Positions 1 to 14,628 of a DNA stretch of 64,000 bases are shown piece after piece (within the stretch, counting starts at the first letter, position 1; every line of letters begins with the position of its first letter). The notes below the pieces were generated by a model that saw only the letters and a program-made list of their open reading frames with translations, did not search any database and was not told where the DNA came from. Location: contig NC_086108.1 of NCBI RefSeq assembly GCF_963921235.1, positions 21,018,001-21,082,000 of the forward strand, written 5' to 3'. The position numbers were made by a program, and so were the translations under genes. The stretch is from Mobula hypostoma (taxonomy: Eukaryota).

Positions 1-137
1 TAATCACAAAGATTAAGGACAGAAGTGGACCACTCTCTTATAGTGGAGATTACATCTGATATCATCTGGAGACAACATATCAATCAGTTGAGAGCAGAGT
101 CAACTATTAGAGAAAAAAATGTGTCCAGAGCTGTCAG

Positions 138-214
138 CACACACAAAATGCTGGAGGAACTCAGCAGGTCAGGCAGCATCAATGGAAAAGAGTACAGTCG
201 ATATTTCGGACCGA
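138..214 (-). repeat. Penelope-derived terminal repeat fragment (3' half of hammerhead motif)
   Basis: Reverse complement resembles the repeat at 16728-16797 and 48416-48487 (GAAA..TCGACTGTAC..GATGCTGCCTG.CCTGCTG). Confidence 0.65.
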
Positions 215-620
215 ATGGCAGATGGAGATTAATTCACTTAAATGCAAGGCAATGCATTTTTCGAGGCAAGCGAGGGCAGAGCTTAAGTAGTAAATGGTAG
301 AGCCATGGGGTGAGCTGCAGACCAGAGAGATCTGGAATGTTCATATGTATACGTCTTTGAAAAATAGTGACACAGGTAGATACGGCAGTTATGGCAGAAA
401 CTGAATTAGCTCAGTCAGGCAATTTTGTTGTGACTGTTGAGTGAGCCAAAGGGCCTGATTCTGTGCTACATAGCTCTATGACTCTGTAATGCTATTGAAA
501 ATGGCAGAATTTTACTACCTTTAACCCAAGAACTTCCTGATTGTATTTGGTAGCTTTCGTTTTCCTAGAATCTTTTCCCAGGTTAGCCAAGTTTCAACCC
601 TGAATCAATAAGATTCAATG

Positions 621-3600
621 AAACATAGAAACATAGAAAAATAGGTGCAGGAGTAGGCCATTCGGCCCTTCGAGCCTGCACCGCCATTCAGTATGATCAT
701 GGCTGATCATCCAACTCAGAACCCTGTACCAGCCTTCCCTCCATACCCCCTGATCCCTTTAGCCACAAGGGCCATATCTAACTCCCTCTTAAATATAGCC
801 AATGAACTGGCCTCAACTGTTTCCTGTGGCAGAGAATTCCACAGATTCACCACTCTCTGTGTGAAAAAGTTTTTCCTAATCTGGGTCCTAAAAGGCTTCC
901 CCTTTATCCTCAAACTGTGACCCCTCGTTCTGGACTTCCCCAACATCGGGAACAATCTTCCTGCATCTAGCCTGTCCAATCCCTTTAGGATTTTATACGT
1001 TTCAACCAGATCTCCACTCAATCTTCTAAATTCCAACAAGTATAAGCCTAGGTCATCCAGCCTTTCATCATATGAAAGTCCTGCCATCCCAGGAATCAAT
1101 CTGGTGAACCGTCTTTGTACTCTCTCTATGGCAAGGATGTCTTTCCTCCGATTAGGGGACCAGAACTGCACACAATACTCCAGGTGTGGTCTCATCAAGG
1201 CCTTGTACAACTGCAGTAGTACCTCCCTGCTCCTGTACTCGAATCCTCTTGCTATAAATGCCAGCATACCATTCGCCTTTTTCACCGCCTGCTGTACCTG
1301 CATGCCCACTTTCAATGACTGGTGTATAATGACACCCAGGTCTCGTTGCACCTCCCCTTTTCCTAATCGGCCACCATTCAACTAATAATCTGTTTTCCTG
1401 TTTTTGCCACCAAACTGGATAACTTCACATTTATCCACATTAAATTGCATCTGCCATGAATTTGCCCACTCACCTAACCTATCCAAGTCACCCTGCATCC
1501 TCTTAGCATCCTCCTCACAGCTAACACTGCCACCCAGCTTCGTGTCATCCGCAAACTTGGAGCTGCTGCATTTAATTCCCTCATCCAAGTCATTAATATA
1601 TATTGTAAACAACTGGGGTCCCAGCACTGAGCCTTGCGGTACCCCACTAGTCACTGCCTGCCATTCTGAAAAGGTCCCGTTTATTCCCACTCTTTGCTTC
1701 CTGTCTGCCAACCAATTCTCTATCTACATCAATATCTTACCCCCAATACCGTGTGCTTTAAGTTTACACACTAATCTCCTGTGTGGGACCTTGTCAAAAG
1801 CCTTTTGAAAATCCAAATATACCACATCCACTGGTTCTCCCCTATCCACTCTACTAGTTACATCCTCAAAAAATTCTATGAGATTCGTCAGACATGATTT
1901 TCCTTTCACAAATCCATGCTGACTTTGTCCGATAATTTCACCGCTTTCCAAATGTGCTGTTATCACATCTTTGATAACTGACTCTAGCAGTTTCCCCACC
2001 ACCGACGTTAGGCTAACCGGTCTATAATTCCCCGGTTTCTCTCTCCCTCCTTTTTTAAAAAGTAGGGTTACATTAGCCACCCTCCAATCCTCAGGAACTA
2101 GTCCAGAATCTAAAGAGTTTTGAAAAATTATCACTAATGCATCCACTATTTCTTGGGCTACTTCCTTAAGCACTCTGGGATGCAGACCATCTGGCCCTGG
2201 GGATTTATCTGCCTTTAATCCCTTCAATTTACCTAACACCACTTCCCTACTAACATGTATTTCCCTCAGTTCCTCCATCTCACTGGACCCTCTGTCCCCT
2301 ACTATTTCCAGAAGATTATTTATGTCCTCCTTAGTGAAGACAGAACCAAAGTAATTATTCAATTGGTCTGCCATGTCCTTGCTCCCCATAATCAATTCAC
2401 CTGTTTCTGTCTGTAGGGGACCTACATTTGTCTTAACCAATCTTTTTTCTTTTCACATATCTATAAAAGCTTTTACAGTCAGTTTTTATGTTCCCTGCCA
2501 GTTTTCTCTCATAATCTTTTATCCCCTTCCTAATTAAGCCCTCTGTCCTCCTCTGCTGAACTCTTGAATTTCTCCCAGTCCTCAGGTGAGCCACTTTTTC
2601 TGGCTAATTTCTATGCTTCTTCTTTGGAATTGATACTATCCCTAATTTCCCTTGTCAGTCACGGGTGCACTACCTTCCTTGATTTATTCTTTTGCCAAAC
2701 TGGGATGAACAATTGTTGTAGTTCCTCCATGCAATCTTTAAATGCTTGCCATTGCATATCCACCGTCAACCCTTTAAGTGTCATTTGCCAGTCTATCTTA
2801 GCTAATTCACGTCTCATACCTTCAAAGTTAACCTTCTTTAAGTTCAGAACCTTTGTTTCTGAATTGACTATGTCACTCTCCATCTTAATGAAGAATTCCA
2901 CCATATTATGGTCACTCTTACCCAAGGGGCTTCTCACGACAAGATTGCTAATTAACCCTTCCTCATTGCTCAATACCCAGTCTAGAATAGCCTGCTCTCT
3001 AGTTGGTTCCTCGACATGTTGGTTCAAAAAACCATCCAAGTTTACGTTCCAAGTAATCCTCTTCCTCAGCACCCTCACCCAATCTACATGTAGATTGAAG
3101 TCACCCATTATAACTGCTGTTCCTTTATTGCACACATTTCTAATTTCCTGTTTAATACCATCCCCAACCTCACTACTACTGTTAGGTGGCCTGTACACAA
3201 TTCCCACCAGTGTTTTCTGCTCCTTAGTGTTATGCAGCTCTACCCATATCGATTCCACATCCTCTTGGCTTATGTCCTTCCTTTCTATCGCGTTAATCTC
3301 CTCTTTAACCAGCAACGCCACTCCATCTCCTTTTCTTTCATGTCTATCCCTCCTGAATATTGAATATCCCTGAATGTTGAGCTCCCATCCTTGGTCACCC
3401 TGGAGCCATGTCTCTGTGATCCCAACTATATCATATTCATTAATAACAATCTGCACTTTTAATTCATCCACCTTGTTACGAATGCTCCTTGCATTGACAC
3501 ACAAAGCCTTCAGGCATGCTTTTACAACTCTCTTAGCCCTTATACAATTATGTTGAAAAGTGGCCCTTTTTGATGCTTGCCCTGGATTTGTCGGCCTGCC

Positions 3601-3935
3601 ACTTTTACTTTTCACTTTACTACCTTTTGCTTCTACCCTCATTTTACACCCCTCTGTCTCTCTGCACTGGTTCCCATCCCCCTGTTGTGAACTAACCTCC
3701 TCTCGCCTAGCCTCTTTAATTGATTCCCACCCCCCAACTATTCTAGTTTAAAGTCACCTCAGTAGCCCTCGCTAATCTCCCGGCCAGGATATTGGTCCCC
3801 CTAGGATTCAAGTGTAACCCGTCCTTTTTGTACAGGTCATGCCTGCGCCAAAAGAGGTCCCAATGATCCAAAAACTTGAATCCCTGCCCCTCAGCCACGC
3901 ATTTATCCTCCACCTCATTGCATTCCTACTCTCAA
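621..3935 (-). mobile_element. CR1 LINE, 5'-truncated (end of ORF1 plus disrupted ORF2 EN-RT)
   Basis: ORF pieces 2659-3642 (APE endonuclease: VNARSI, GITETW, MGDFN, SDH), 1724-2440, 1382-1711 (GVPQGS, FADD) and 716-1381. The last three share one frame and are separated by nonsense codons. 3' tail (TTTCTATG)n at 621-640. Confidence 0.95.
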
Positions 3936-4949
3936 TGAATTATTCTCTCTGATCAAAGAATACAAACTTTAATCAATTCCTAGTTTTCTTTTTCCCTAGC
4001 TTTTAAACACCTTGAAGTCACGAATCAACACCCACTTTCAGACTCTGCTAACATAATATGGAAAAAAATCAGTTGTAAATTGTGGACACAATTTAAGGAA
4101 GTGTGATGTACATCAATATTTTTGCTGAGTCCATTAAGAAATGAACAAATATAACTCAGGAAATTTGATTTAAACAAATGGAAAATCTTGAGTGCACACA
4201 TTTCTTGGCAAGCCTTAAAGCTTTTGAGACAATATGAAAATCCAGTAAGGGTAGTCAAATCTAAAAATACCTAAACTTTTGTAAGCAAGAATTGGCAGTT
4301 CAAGAATGAATCAACAATTTCAATTGCGTTTGTGGGCTTTTATGTTAGAACTGATCTTCAACTGAACTCTTAAACAATGAACTAAATAATTAACACTAAG
4401 ACTATGGCAATTTAATTCTGAAGACATTTAAGCTGTTTCGTGAGCTGGTTTAAGATTCACAAAAACAGTTAAATATTGTCTATATAAAATATGTGCATTA
4501 ACATGGAGACACATCATAAGATCTTCCACTTCTGACAGTGCATGAACAATAGATGTAACTTACATTTATTATGTTGTATGTCCCAACAAGTAATGACAAG
4601 ATCAAATCAGTCTACAAGCTAACTTATTTTTTAAAAAAAGGCAAATAGAAAAGCAATTGAACATAGTTCAAATGTAATTGGGATAGGAAAATGATTCCTT
4701 GGAAGAGTTTATGACTGCCATTTAAATTTAGGCTTTGATAGGTGCCACTTTAAACAACTACTGACTGATGCTTATTTGGTCACTTATCCTTTCTATTAAG
4801 TAAGTACGACACCTAATTTCACACCACTCCACCTGACTTTTATTAAAAATATACCTTGGTTATTGAAAATAAGTATCACAAGAATTTTTATCACGTTCTC
4901 AAAGATGCAAAAAAAAGTCTAAGCTACAGTAAATAAACCCATCAAATTG

Positions 4950-5282
4950 TATGACACAGAAATAGGTCCTTTTAGTCTACTTTGTGCATGCTAAAAATTA
5001 TGCCTACCTATCCTTCAAATTTACCTGCATTTAGCCAGTATTCGTCTATGCCTTACCTTTCCAAGTGCTTGTTCTTTAAACATTGTTTTTTTAATAATGT
5101 GATTCGACGTCCCTGCATTGCAAGAAAAATTCTGACCATCTACCCTATCAATGTTCCCCTTAATTTTGCAAACATTAAGTTGGTTATCCTTTGACAATGG
5201 GAATAAAACAGTCCAATTCTCCTTATAACTACAACTTGCCATTTCAGGCAACATTCTGGTGAAACTCCTTTGTATTCTCAAT
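4950..5282 (-). mobile_element. Degraded CR1 3' fragment
   Basis: Translation RIQRSFTRMLP...IDRVDGQ resembles the CR1 ORF2 C-terminus. Confidence 0.7.
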
Positions 5283-5559
5283 TAAAAATGTGACTTTATT
5301 TTATACAAAAGAGTGCTTAAAAACATTCAGAATAACATGTCATCATGTTCTTTTCTAGAGCTACACAGTATACATAACTTTCTGACATAATTTTTACTTG
5401 CTTATATTTGAATTAGGGACAGTCACAAAGGTTGAATTTATTGTCATATGCACAAAGATATATATGCACAGATGCAATGAAAAACTTAGTTTTACCAGTA
5501 TCATAGGAATATAGCACCATATAAGCCACATCCAAAGAAAAGTCAGCATTGCATTGTAT

Positions 5560-6270
5560 TGGGTAGATCACATCTTACAAACTTTATCATATTTTTGAAA
5601 TAACTGAGATGACTGATGAAGCGAGGGTAGTGGATGTTGTCTACATGGACATGCAAGGAATTTGACAAGGTCTCCGATAGTAGGCTAATTTAACATGCAC
5701 AGTATCCATGGTGAAGTAGTAGCTTGGATTCAGAATTAGCTCCCCCACAGTAGACAGTGAGTACTGGTGGAAAGGCATTATTCTGGCTAGAGGACTGTGA
5801 CCAGTGGTGTTCCGTAGGGATCAGTGGTGGGACCTCATATTTAACTTGGCCAAAATTGAAGGTGGGTTGGGAAGCAAGTCTGTAGATGACAAAAATTGGT
5901 AGAATTGTGGATAGTAAAGAAGGTCAAAGGATACAGCAAGTTATAGATCAATTACAATGATGTATCAAGAAACTGCAAGTAGAATTTAATCCAGGCAGGT
6001 GTGAAGTGTTGCACTTTGAGATGTCAAATGCAAGGTGAATGTATACTGTTGACGAAAGTACCTGAGACAAAGAGAAAGTGGCAGGTGCTTGGAACACACT
6101 ACCAGGGGTGGTAGTGGCATTCAAGCTGCTGCTAGGCAGACATGAATATGCAAGGAATATAGGGATATGGCTCACGTACAGGCAGATGGGATAGTTAAAT
6201 TTGACATCTTTCTTGCACGGATAATGTAGGCCAAACAGCCTGAATCATCTGTGGTACTGTTCTATGTTGT
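5560..6270 (+). mobile_element. Degraded CR1 RT/3' fragment
   Basis: Remnants of VDVVYMD..FDKV, VTSGVP.GSVVGP and KCEVLHF motifs followed by a CR1-type 3' end. Confidence 0.75.
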
Positions 6271-6391
6271 ATTCCATTTTATAAAAGAAAAATACAAATT
6301 ACATAAAGGTAAACAATGGCTGATTACTACTAGAGCTAGTGTGAGAGTCTCATTCCAGTTCAGAAGGTCTTTTAAAATCAGGAAACATAAT

Positions 6392-9126
6392 AGCGGGCAG
6401 GAATGGATTCTCAATATTCCTGGATTTCAGTGTTTTAAAAGGGATAGAGAGGTGGGAAAAGGGGAGGAGGGGTGGCATTACTGGTCAGGGATATGATTAC
6501 AGCTACAAAAAGGGTGGGTAATGTAGTAGGATCCTCTTTTGAGTCAGTATGGGTGGAAGTCAGGAACAGGAAGGGAGCAGTTACTCTACTGGGGGTATTC
6601 TATAGACCCTCTGGTAGCAACAGAGATACCGAGGAGCAGATTGGGAGGCAGATTTTGGAAAGGTGCAAAAATAACAGTTGTTATCATGGGTGACTTTAAC
6701 TTCCCTAATATTGATTGGCACCTGATTAGTTCCAACATTTTAGACGCGGCAGAGTTTGTTAAGTGCGTCCAGGATGGATTCCTGTCACAGTATGTTGACA
6801 GGCCAACTAGGGGGAATGCCATACTGGATCTAGTATTAGGTAACGAACCAGGTCAGGTCACAGATCTCTCAGTGGGTGAGCATCTGGGGGACAGTGATCA
6901 CTGCTCCCTGGCCTTTAGCATTATCATGGAAAGGGACAGAATCAGAGAGGACAGGAAAATTTTTAATTGGGGAAGGGCAAATTATGAGGCTATAAGGCTA
7001 GAACTTGCAGGTGTGAATTGGGATGACGTTTTTGCAGGGAATCGTACAATGGACATGTGGTTAATGTTTAGGGATCTCTTGCAGGATGTTAGGGATAAAT
7101 TTGTCCCGGTGAGGAAGATAAAGAATGGTAGGGTGAAGGAATCATGGGTGACAAGTGGGGTGGAAAATCTAGTCAGATGGAAGAAGGCAGCATACATGAG
7201 GTTTAGGAAGCAAGGATTAGCTAGGTCTATTAAATATAGGGTTGCAAGAAAGGAGCTTAAGAAGGGGTTGAGAAGAGCAAGGGGACATGAGAAGGCCTTG
7301 GCGAGTAGGGTAAAGGAAAACCCCAAGGCATTCTTCAATTATGTGAAGAACAAAAAGATGACAAGAGTGAAGGTAGGATCGATTAGACATAAAGGTTGGA
7401 AGATGTGCCTGCAGGCTGTGGAAGTGAGCGAGGCCCTCAATGAATACTTCGCTTCGGTATTCACCAATGAGAGGGAACTTGATGACGGTGGGGACAATAT
7501 GAGTGAGGTTGATATTCTGGAGCATTTTGAAATTAAGGGAGAGCAGGTACTGGAGTTGTTAAAATACATTAGGACAGTTAAGTCCCCAGGGCCTGAGGGA
7601 ATACTCCCCAGGCTGCTCCACGAGGCGAGAGAAGAGATTGCTAAGCATCTGGCTGGGATCTTTGTGTCCTCATTGTCCACAGGAATGGTACTGGAGGACT
7701 GGAGGGAGGCGAATGTTGTCCCCTTGTTCAAAAAAGGTAGTAAGGATAGTCCGGGTAATTATAGACCAGTGAGCCTTACATCTGTGCTGGGAAAGCCGTT
7801 GGAAAAGATTCTTAGAAATAGGATCTATGGGCATTTAGAGAATCATGGTCTGATCAGGGACAGTCAGCATGGCTTTGAGCGAAGGGCAGATAGTATCTAA
7901 CAAGCCTGATAGAGTTCTTTGAGGAGGTGACCAGGCATATACATGAGGGTAGTGCAGTGGATGTGATCTGCATGGACTTTAGTAAGGCATTTGACAAGGT
8001 TCCACACGGTAGGCTTATTCAGAAAGTCAGAAGGCATGGGATCCAGGGAAGTTTAGCCACGTGGATTCAGAATTGGATTGCCCGCAGAAAGCAAAGGGTC
8101 GTGGTGGAGGGAGTACATTCGGATTGGAGGGTTGTGACTAGTGGTGTCCCACAAGGATCAGTTCTGGGACCTCTACTTTTCGTGATTTTTATTAACAAAC
8201 TGGATGTGAGGGTAGAAGGGTGGGTTGGCAAGATTGCAGACGACACAAAGGTTGGTGGTGTTGTGGATAGTGTAGAGGACTGTCAAAGCTTGCAGAGAGA
8301 CATTGACAGGATGTAGAAGTGGGCTGAGAAGTGGCAGATGGAGTTCAACCCGGAGAAGTGTGAGGTGGTACACTTTGGAAGGACAAACTCCAAGGCAGAG
8401 TACAAAGTAAATGGCAGGATACTTGGTAGTGTGGAGGAGCAGCGGGATCTCAGGGTACATGTCCACAGATCCCTGAAAGTTGCCTCACAGGTGGATAGGG
8501 TAGATAAGAAAGCTTATGGGGTGTTAGCTTTCATAAGTCGAGGTATAGAGTTTAAGAGTCGCAATGTAATGATGCAGCTCTATAAAACTCTGGTTAGACC
8601 ACACTTGGGAGTACTGTGTCCAGTTCTGGTCACCTCACTATAGGAAGGATGTGGAAGCATTGGAAAGGGTACAGAAGAGATTTACCAGGATGCTGCCTGG
8701 TTTAGAAAGTATGCATTATGATCAGAGATTAAGGGAGCTAGGGCTTTACTCTTTGGAGAGAAGGAGGATGAGAGGAGACATGATAGAGGTGTACAAGATA
8801 ACAAGAGGAATAGATAGAGTGGATAGCCAGCACCTCTTCCCCAGGGCACCACTGCTCAATACAAGAGGGCATGGCTTTAAGGTAAGGGGTGGGAAGTTCA
8901 AGGGGGATATTAGAGGAAGGTTTTTTACTCAGGGAGTGGTTAGTGCCTGGAATGCACTGCCTGAGTCAGTGGTGGAGGCAGATACACTAGTGAAATTTAA
9001 GAGACTACTAGACAGGTATATGGAAGAATTAAAGGTGGGGGGGGTTATATGGGAGGCAGGGTTTAAAGGTCAGCACAACATTGTGGGCCGAAGGGCCTGT
9101 ACTGTGCTGTACTGTTCTATGTTCTA
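6392..9126 (+). mobile_element. CR1 LINE, 5'-truncated, frameshifted ORF2
   Basis: ORFs 6472-6693, 6539-7900, 7927-8316, 8338-8643 and 8651-9259 carry EN (MGDFN, SDH) and RT (GVPQGS, ADD) motifs. Tail GTTCTATGTTCTAT near 9114-9126. Confidence 0.95.
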
Positions 9127-10838
9127 TAAAGGCTTTGCAAGAGTTTTAGATGTTGCTTTGCAAAAAGCACATAATATTTCAAATTTTCTGAACTTTATCA
9201 CAGAAAGTAGCAATTCACACCAATCTGAAAATCTGAAACTACTACACAATAGTCTATAATAAAGATACTTCACTGGGTTGTATACTGTAATGCACAATTC
9301 TCCTTAGAATGTGATCCTCTTGGAATTGCAATAATGATATTTCTACAGCACATATTCTGGAACCACAGTTTGAGAAATCGGTCAGCCATCAAAAACCACA
9401 CCAACTAAGCAAGTTTTCAGGAAAGGGAAGCCAGTGTGTCCAATTTTGAATGACTCCACATCAAGTCAGTAAGTCACAAAGAAGTCTTTAGAATTTAGCT
9501 TCTGCTGTTCTATTTCAATTTTTTGTATTGTATATACCTTACTTGGGATGGGTAAAGTAAAATATATATCCATTATACGTTTTTCTAAAGCTGAACAATG
9601 TCCAAGATATAATCTTATTCTTCCCTTGGAGTATTGAGTTGAGTTTGCAAATGGCCCATATTAATGGAGAGTCTCAAATCCGACATCCACTGCTCATCAA
9701 ACTGGGAGTACAACTTTATTTTTTTTTAGGAAAAGTAATGAAAAGTTTCAACTGTTCCACAAACCTACTCAAGGCATTGCTAACGACTAACCACCTCACA
9801 ATACTGTAGCCCTAGGTATTGTTCAACATATGCAGTACCCTGAGGGAAAGTCATGTACATTGAAATCCACAAGGCAAAGTCTCTGCTTTACATTTGAATT
9901 GTTGAGCACACAAAACCTGGTATTATGCAGTCCAGTTTCTGGACACATAATAAGGCATAATAAACACAATTAAATTGCAAATTCTAGATTGCAACAAAAA
10001 CCAAACTTCTAATTTGAAAGCATTTTGCAATAGACAATGACTTAAAATATCAAGCTGTTTAACCGTATTATGCTGCAGAATTTCTTAAGTATTAGAAAAT
10101 GGAATCAATTGGTCAATGTTTACATTATTTTCCAAACAGAAACTATTTTTTGTTTTAATCTTTTTGACATATCTAGATTAAACATCAGTAAATGAAAACT
10201 GAATAAAGTGATTGCCTCATAACAATGGCATGAACATTATGGCCATGAAGGAAATGAGTGATAGGTGAAGGTTTAATTCTTTTGTTTCTTTTTTTAAATT
10301 TTATTTTTATTTGGATAAGGAGTTCACAATTATCATGTACTTTTTTCACACATATAACCTTTTCCATTTTTTAATATGTATAAAACTACAATTATTTATA
10401 CATTCTTAAGTACACATTGAGATGATATAAAAGCAAAATAAGCATTTAAATAGATAATTATGTACTGTGGTAAATCTAACCTATTAGGCTAAGTAATGAA
10501 ATTAGTTAAGAAAAATGGTAATAATAGTTTCCATACAACCCTTCTGGACCATTTCCACTGGTCCAAAATGTTGCATACAAGCCTATATACCAACCATTGT
10601 AGGTGTTTATATCCCAATTTGTTCGTGCTTGTTCCTGCCCGCAGACATAATTATCCAATCCCTATGTACTTATTTACTTAATTTTTTCATTTTTTTTTTA
10701 TCCCTTTCCCAAATCTTTCCCTTTACTTGTGATAATTCTCTATTTTCCAAAAAAAAACAACAAACATTTAGACTAGGGGTACTTACGTTAGCAATATTAC
10801 TGTGTTGATGAGAAGAGCAATATAAATCATTAGGAGAG

Positions 10839-13800
10839 TCATCTAAAGTCTGCTCGCATTGGGGTTATATATTCAATCCATTTATTCCAGATTTGATAAA
10901 ATGTTTCTTTTTGAGTTCTCAGGGAGTAGGTCAACTTTTCCATTTTAAGTATTTCCAAGATAATTTCGTACCAATCTTCTAATGTAGGTGGTATTGGATT
11001 TAGCCATTTTCTAGTGATTGATTTCTTACTTGCCGCTAAGAGGGCCTGCAGTAACTTTATATCTTCCTTCTGTTCAAGGAACAATACATGCCCCAAATAG
11101 AGCGTCTCAAAGTTCAGAGGTATCTGGGACCTAAGTACCTTAACTAATGTTCTATGAATACCTTCCCAAAATAGACTTAATTTAGGGCAATCCCAGAAAA
11201 TATGAAAATGATTTGCCTCCTTGGAGCCGCACCTTCTCCAACACATCACATTTGTATCTTTATATTTTTCCTGATATGGGGTCTTGAAGTATCTTATAAT
11301 GTTTTTCCAACAATGTTCTCTCCAAGTCAAAGAATTAGTCGAGGACCATTGAAAGCTGCAGATTTTCCCCCAAGCCTCCTCTGAAAGTACCAACCCCGCT
11401 TCTTTCTCCCACTTCTCTTTAATATACAGTGTATTTACATTTTTAGCATGGGAGAGTGCATTATATAGGCGAGAAACTGATTTACTAGGTATTAAACTGC
11501 AAGCCGAATTCAGAATCTTGAAAAATTCTAATTCTACTGTTGATAGGTCTGTATATCTACAACTCTGGTTAACATAGTTTCGTATTTGAAGGTACCTAAA
11601 AAAGTCATTATGTTCTAGGCCATGTTTGTCCTGCAGGATTTGGAAACTTTGTAATACTCTTGTATCTATAAATGAGAGGTAGGTTGTAAGACCTTTCTTT
11701 ATCCAAAGCTCAAATCTTTTATCTCCTCTGTTGGGAAGGAATTCGGTATCATATGCACACCATCTAAAGAGTTTTAGCATGTTATTAATTCCACATGAAT
11801 TAACCACCTTCTGCCATACTTTTAATGTAAGATTTATCCAAGCATTATTAAATTTTTCCAACTGGGCCATCAATCCTTTGTCAGCTATTGAGGCCTGAAG
11901 AGGAAAACTGTCAACTAATCCAAATTCTATTTCCTTCCATCTAGCCTTATATTCCCTATTACACCAATATAACAGAGGGGTTATCTGTGAGGCATAAAAA
12001 TAATTTCTCAGGCAAGGAAGAACCATACCTCCTCTTTCCTTCCCTAACTGTAAGGTGTTATATCGAATTCTAGGTTTCCTTCCTTGCCAAATGAAGCGGG
12101 AAATCCATTTGTCCCATTCCCTGAATTGATTATCATCCACCTCCACTGGTAAAGTACGGAAAAGATATAATAACCGAGGAAGAATATTCATTTTTATAGT
12201 ATTTATCCTTGAATTTAAACTTAAAAAGGGGATAAGATTCCATCTATGCATATCTGCTTTTATCTCTGAGATTAATGGCCCATAATTTACCTGTGACAGT
12301 GTTGAAAGATCCTTCGGCAGGGTTATTCCTAAATATTTTAATGATTTAGCTTCCCACTTAAGATCGTATGTATCCTGCAATTTTTTGGATGGTGTATAAT
12401 TTAGGGACATAACCTGCGTTTTCTTTACATTTATTTTATAACCTGATATTTTCCCAGAGTCATCCAACAGTGTAAACAATCCTATAAATGATTTTTCTGG
12501 TTCACTCAGATAGACCAAAACATCATCTGCGAATAACGCCACTTTCTGTTCAATCCCTGCCACCTTGATACCTTTTACGATTTCGCTCTGTCTTATTAGT
12601 TGGGCAAGTGGTTCAATATATAGCGCAAAAAGGAGAGGAGAAATTGGGCATCCCTGTCTCGTGCCTCTCTCTAAAATGAAGGAGTCAGAGAGGTCCCCAT
12701 TTATCTTAATTCGGGCTGTTGGGCTGTCATACAGAGTCTGAATTACTTTAATAAACCTTTCTTGAAAGCCGAATCTTCCTAACACTCTGTATAGGAATGC
12801 CCAACTAACCGAATCAAAAGCTTTCTCAGCGTCCAATCCTACTACCATTGTCTCTGTCTCGTTCTTATTAACCTGTTCTAATATGTGCAGAGTTCTCCTT
12901 ATGTTGTCCTGTGTTTGTCTTTGTTGAATAAATCCAGTCTGGTCTAAATGGATTAGGCCAGGTAAAAGCTTTTCCAATCTGCGCGCTAATATAGATGTAA
13001 ATAGTTTGTAATCTAAATTAAGAACACTAATTGGCTGATAATTGCCACATTCTAGTTTATCTTTACCCTCTTTAGGAATAACTGAAATAATCGCTTCTCT
13101 CCAGGAAGGTGGAGTTTCTCCTCTCTGCAAGATCCAATTAAAGGTGTTAAGTAGTAATGGGGCTAACTGTGTCTTCAGGGACTTGTACCACTCTGAGGTA
13201 AACCCATCAGAACCCGGGGACTTCCCAGCCTTTAACCTAGAGATGGCCACGTTCAGTTCTTTGACAGTTACTGGTTCTAATAAACTTTCATTTTGTAAAT
13301 CTGTAAGTTTAGGTAGATCTAAAAAATTCAATACACTGTCTATATAGGGCTCACTGGGGGCCCGGGGTTGGGAGTACAGCTCTCGATAATACGTTTCAAA
13401 ACTCTCTTGAATTTTCCCTATTGTACTCTCCACAAGCTTTGTCTTTGGATTCTTTATTTTATGAATTGTATTGTCTGCTTGTTGTTTTCGTAATTTATAT
13501 GCTAATAATCTAGCTGATTTACCTCCTACTTCATAATTCTTTTGTCTCAGGTAAAGAAAATTTCTTTGAGTTTCCAACGTATAAATATCATCAATTTCAC
13601 TTTGGCAATTTCCTAATTTCCTGTTTTTGATTTGAATTACTTTTGTTGCTATCTCCAACTTGAAGTTGTTTTAATTTTCCTTGAAGGTCTGCTAATTTTT
13701 GTGCATTGATTTTTTTCATGTGAGTAGTAATGGAAATAATTTTCCCTCTCAGTACAGCTTTCAATGTATCCCATAAAATCACTGGTGATGTTTCTCCCGT

Positions 13801-14628
13801 GTCATTAAGGTTTAGATATTCTTTGATTTCTCCCCTTAATCTCTCCATTACTTTTGGGTTATTAAGTATATGTGAGTTTAGCCTCCACAGTGTTTTCCTC
13901 ATTTTCCTTTCCAGGGTTAGAGACATAGAGACTGGGCTATGATCCGACAGATCAATTGTTGCAATATTACAGTTTTTTATCCTGAGTCTATCTGTATTAA
14001 AGATAAAGAAATAGTCTATCCTTGAATAGGCTGAATGAGGGAAAGAGTAATACGTATAATCTTTACTAGTAGGGTGTAATTCCCTCCAGACATCTATAAT
14101 TCCCAACTCCTCCATCAATGAATTCACTTTCCGAGTCAGAGGTTTATTCTGAGTAACTATTCTTGAAGAATCTAATATAGGATTTAATCTAATATTAAAA
14201 TCCCCTCCACAAATTACTACCCCTCGAGAACTGACCATTAGGTCAAAAATGTGTCTATAAAATAACCATTCACTACCTGGAGGAGCATAAACATTCAGCA
14301 ATGTTATTTCTGTACCTTCTATTCTTCCTGTGATTTTTACAAACCGTCCTTCTTTGTCTCTAGTCTCTGAAATATGTTCATAATTAAGAGTACTTTATAT
14401 TAAAGTAGCTACCCCTCTTTTGTGACTCAATTTATATGATGAATAAAATACATGCTTAAAGCCCATTCTTTTTAATTTTCCATGTTCAGATTGGCTCATA
14501 TGTGTTTCCTGGAGGAAAGCTATTTGTGCCCTCTCTTTTTTCAATTTAGACATAATCTTATTTCTTTTAATTGGATTCAAAACCCCATTAACATTATAGG
14601 AAATTATTTTTACCAATTCAGTTTGCAT
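10839..14628 (-). pseudogene. L1 ORF2 (APE endonuclease, reverse transcriptase, CCHC domain), disrupted
   Basis: Motifs SYNVNG, FLQETH, GGDFN, SRIDY, SDH, QGCPISP, FADD and CWRRCG..HIFWDC. One nonsense codon at 14395-14397 (the next ORF is in the same frame) and one frameshift near 13610. Confidence 0.93.

Noticed and set aside
2564..3373. 269-aa plus-strand ORF and similar ORFs (1104-1385, 1404-1808, 7339-7731, 44249-44740)
   Set aside because: Antisense shadows of CR1 coding sequence, with no independent protein features.
4564..4611. Possible 48-nt minus-strand exon (TDLILSLLVGTYNIIN) and a similar candidate near 9795-9840
   Set aside because: Weak acceptor or donor and unrecognised peptides; insufficient support.
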